A stretch of 64,000 nt of DNA from Tubiluchus corallicola (Eukaryota; Animalia; Priapulida). Under the pieces are notes generated by a model, which did no database searches, had not been told where the DNA came from, and worked only from the letters and a program-made list of their open reading frames with translations. This document shows positions 61,701 to 64,000 of this stretch, piece by piece (positions within the stretch are counted from its first letter, which is position 1; each line of letters opens with the position of its first letter). The stretch spans positions 992,001 through 1,056,000 of the forward strand of contig JAQGDQ010000008.1 in the NCBI GenBank assembly GCA_030141605.1, read 5' to 3'. The translations under genes were made by a program, and so were the position numbers.

Positions 61701-63659
61701 GAAAAATAATGGATAATATACTACACTTAATGTAACTGACTAATACGGATTGATGGGGTGACACGTATGTTAAGTTAGAAAAAACAACCAGTAAACCTTT
61801 ACATTACACAGTAACTGCAATATTGCCAGACTCATATCATAATAAACATATAGGAAAATGAATGAATAATAATGTATCCAGAATTGTATCATTACACTTC
61901 ATACTGATTCTTGTACGTGATGGATAGCATGCCATTTATCTCTTGAGGTTCCAGTCATATCTTATGCTGCCAATATAGCAGACTTGTCGGTTGTAAACAA
62001 AATGAATTGAAAAGTGAAAATAGTTCTTACTACTCAAAATGTGTTAAAAGAATAATGAGAGTTTATTGCACATAAGTTTAGGGCAACTTACTTATACTGT
62101 TCTATATCGATTACTTGCTGTAATATAGCAATTAATTCTTAAGCCTGTTGTGGTTGTAAAATCATGCTTAAAGTCTGGAAATACGTGAAAATGGCCACCT
62201 GAGAATTTTAATTAATCCTAATTTATGAAGTAGCGGTGCCACTGAGTTACTATTTCATTGCAGTGTAACCTTTTTCTTAAAATTATTTTGGCCATTTTCA
62301 ACGTTTTTATTGAAGTATTGAACCCAGTCAAAATGATAAAAAATAATTGAATTTTTTTAAGCACTTCATAGGTTGGACAGACTGACATCGGGTCTTCTTT
62401 TCATGGCACGAAACTGGGAGACCTCCGTACGTTTGATGGCGGAAATGGCCAACAGAGATGTGCAAAAAGAATACGTCTGTAGAGTAGTTGGTGTCTTTCC
62501 TCAGTAAGTATTCTATTGAATTTATTTACAAACTTAGTTTTTTGCAAATTATGAAATGAATCCAAAGTTTCCTGGCTAAAATTCAAGCATCGTCCCAATT
62601 TTTTCTCATTTTCTTAACTTTGGCTAAGTTTACTTACAAAAATTCAATAATTGTGGGTTCATTCTTTCGTTAGCCAGTAAGTATCTGCATAAGCATTAAA
62701 CAATGAAAGCTGATTAAAATGATTCTAATTGTAACACATCAAGCAAGTACCAACTCTAAAATATCTATTAATTGCTGTGATACAAAATTTAATGTTACAA
62801 TTAAACACTTGAAACCATTAACTCTTACTCGATTGGACTGATTTGTTTCGTATCTGGTTCATACTTGAGAAGTATATGTGTTTTACTAAGTAGCCATAGG
62901 ACCACACTCTCTCTCCAGACTGCCAAAGATGATTAAACAGTTGTTTACAATGCTGGATTTAGTATAAATATTTTGATGAAATAAAAGTTTTAACTCTGTT
63001 TGTGATGAGAATTAACTACGTATTGCATGCCTGTACCTACACTTCATAGTGTATAATGTTATTTGCTACGTACATTTTCTGGCATAAATTCAGTTGCATT
63101 GAACTTAGACTTTTGAGCAGTGGACTTGCACCTGATCTGGGACTTCAAAGCCCCGACTTTTTGCCCTTGTGAGTCTTGCTATAGTTGAATAATAAACAAC
63201 TAATTCTACAAGTAAAATTCATGCAGATACCACACATCAGTAACAATAAAAAGTAGCATAGTGGAATGATGTATGATTTGTGTCCCTTGTTGTATGTAAT
63301 TGCTTGTGTGATGAATAATGTAAAACAGTGGTATTGATGATGCCTTTAAGCCTCATTTTAGGTCATCTTAACTCCTCATCATGAGCATTGATGAGCAGTT
63401 CTTCTTCCTTTTGTAGCAGTTCTAGCTTTTCATTTTGGATCTGTTAAAATGCATTTAAAGCTTTAAAGCATTTATCCCTTTAAAGCTTTCTTACATTAAT
63501 AAACTTTTCCATTTAAATTTAGGGATACTGTTGAAGTAAATCAGCCTATCGACGTAATTTCGCACAAGTTGGGCATATTCTGGGTAAAACCTACAGGAAA
63601 GGTGTCTAAAACAATTTTTGAAAGATTGAGTTGTAATGGAAAGACCAGTGTTGTTAAGT
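58708..63659 (+). CDS. RPUSD2: RluA-family pseudouridine synthase RPUSD2 (partial: start exon not located, 3' end outside window)
   Basis: Exons 58708-58828, 59175-59296, 60342-60442, 61117-61204, 61537-61615, 62362-62503, 63523-63659 in phase. Motifs ETSYYVENGLRKVYPY.FTFSTYCKGRWVG, HRHEVPV, VVDKPSSIPVHPCGRYRHN, catalytic HRLDRLTSG, KEYVCRV.G.FP. Confidence 0.93.
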
Positions 63660-64000
63660 GTAAGTACTTAAAAGTATGTGGTTGTAAGTTCAAGTTTATT
63701 AATTTTTAATTACTACACATGGCATTCCCTTAGGAGTGTTTAATGTATAACTATGCAGCCCTGTATGGATGCTACAGTTTCAGTGTTTTACTGTTACAGT
63801 TTCAGAAACAGTGATGAAAGAATAAAAAAATGAAAATCGCCAATGTAACACCAGTGATCTTTCTAAAAATAGATAAATATAAGCTATATAAGCTAAAAAA
63901 ATGTTTCTGTTCTTCTATTTGTTTAAGCATTTCACACCAAAAGCACCAAAACTAATAAAAGCCAGAAATGAATATGTTGGATTGAGAGCAAGGATATCTG

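Overview
AT-rich animal (invertebrate-looking) nuclear DNA with spliceosomal GT-AG introns. By joining exons in phase by hand I can build seven protein-coding genes: the 3' end of dCMP deaminase (DCTD, +), Ras (-), mitochondrial Phe-tRNA synthetase (FARS2, +), naked cuticle (nkd, +), mitochondrial 2,4-dienoyl-CoA reductase (DECR1, -), an Aveugle/SAMD12-type SAM adaptor (-) and part of RPUSD2 pseudouridine synthase (+). The main surprise is gene architecture. Two signalling genes have intronless CDSs inside introns of housekeeping enzyme genes: Ras is antisense to and apparently interleaved with DCTD, and nkd lies on the SAME strand inside FARS2. The mobilome is rich: a TSD-flanked 5S-rRNA-derived SINE, a young 5'-truncated RT+RNase H non-LTR element, a palindrome carrying two degenerate Penelope-type minimal hammerhead motifs, a DD41D Tc1/mariner deletion derivative, piggyBac/hAT/Harbinger-type MITEs, old LINE relics and a 15-bp-array dispersed repeat. 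All identifications come from motif recognition without database searches, and UTR exons and promoters are inferred.
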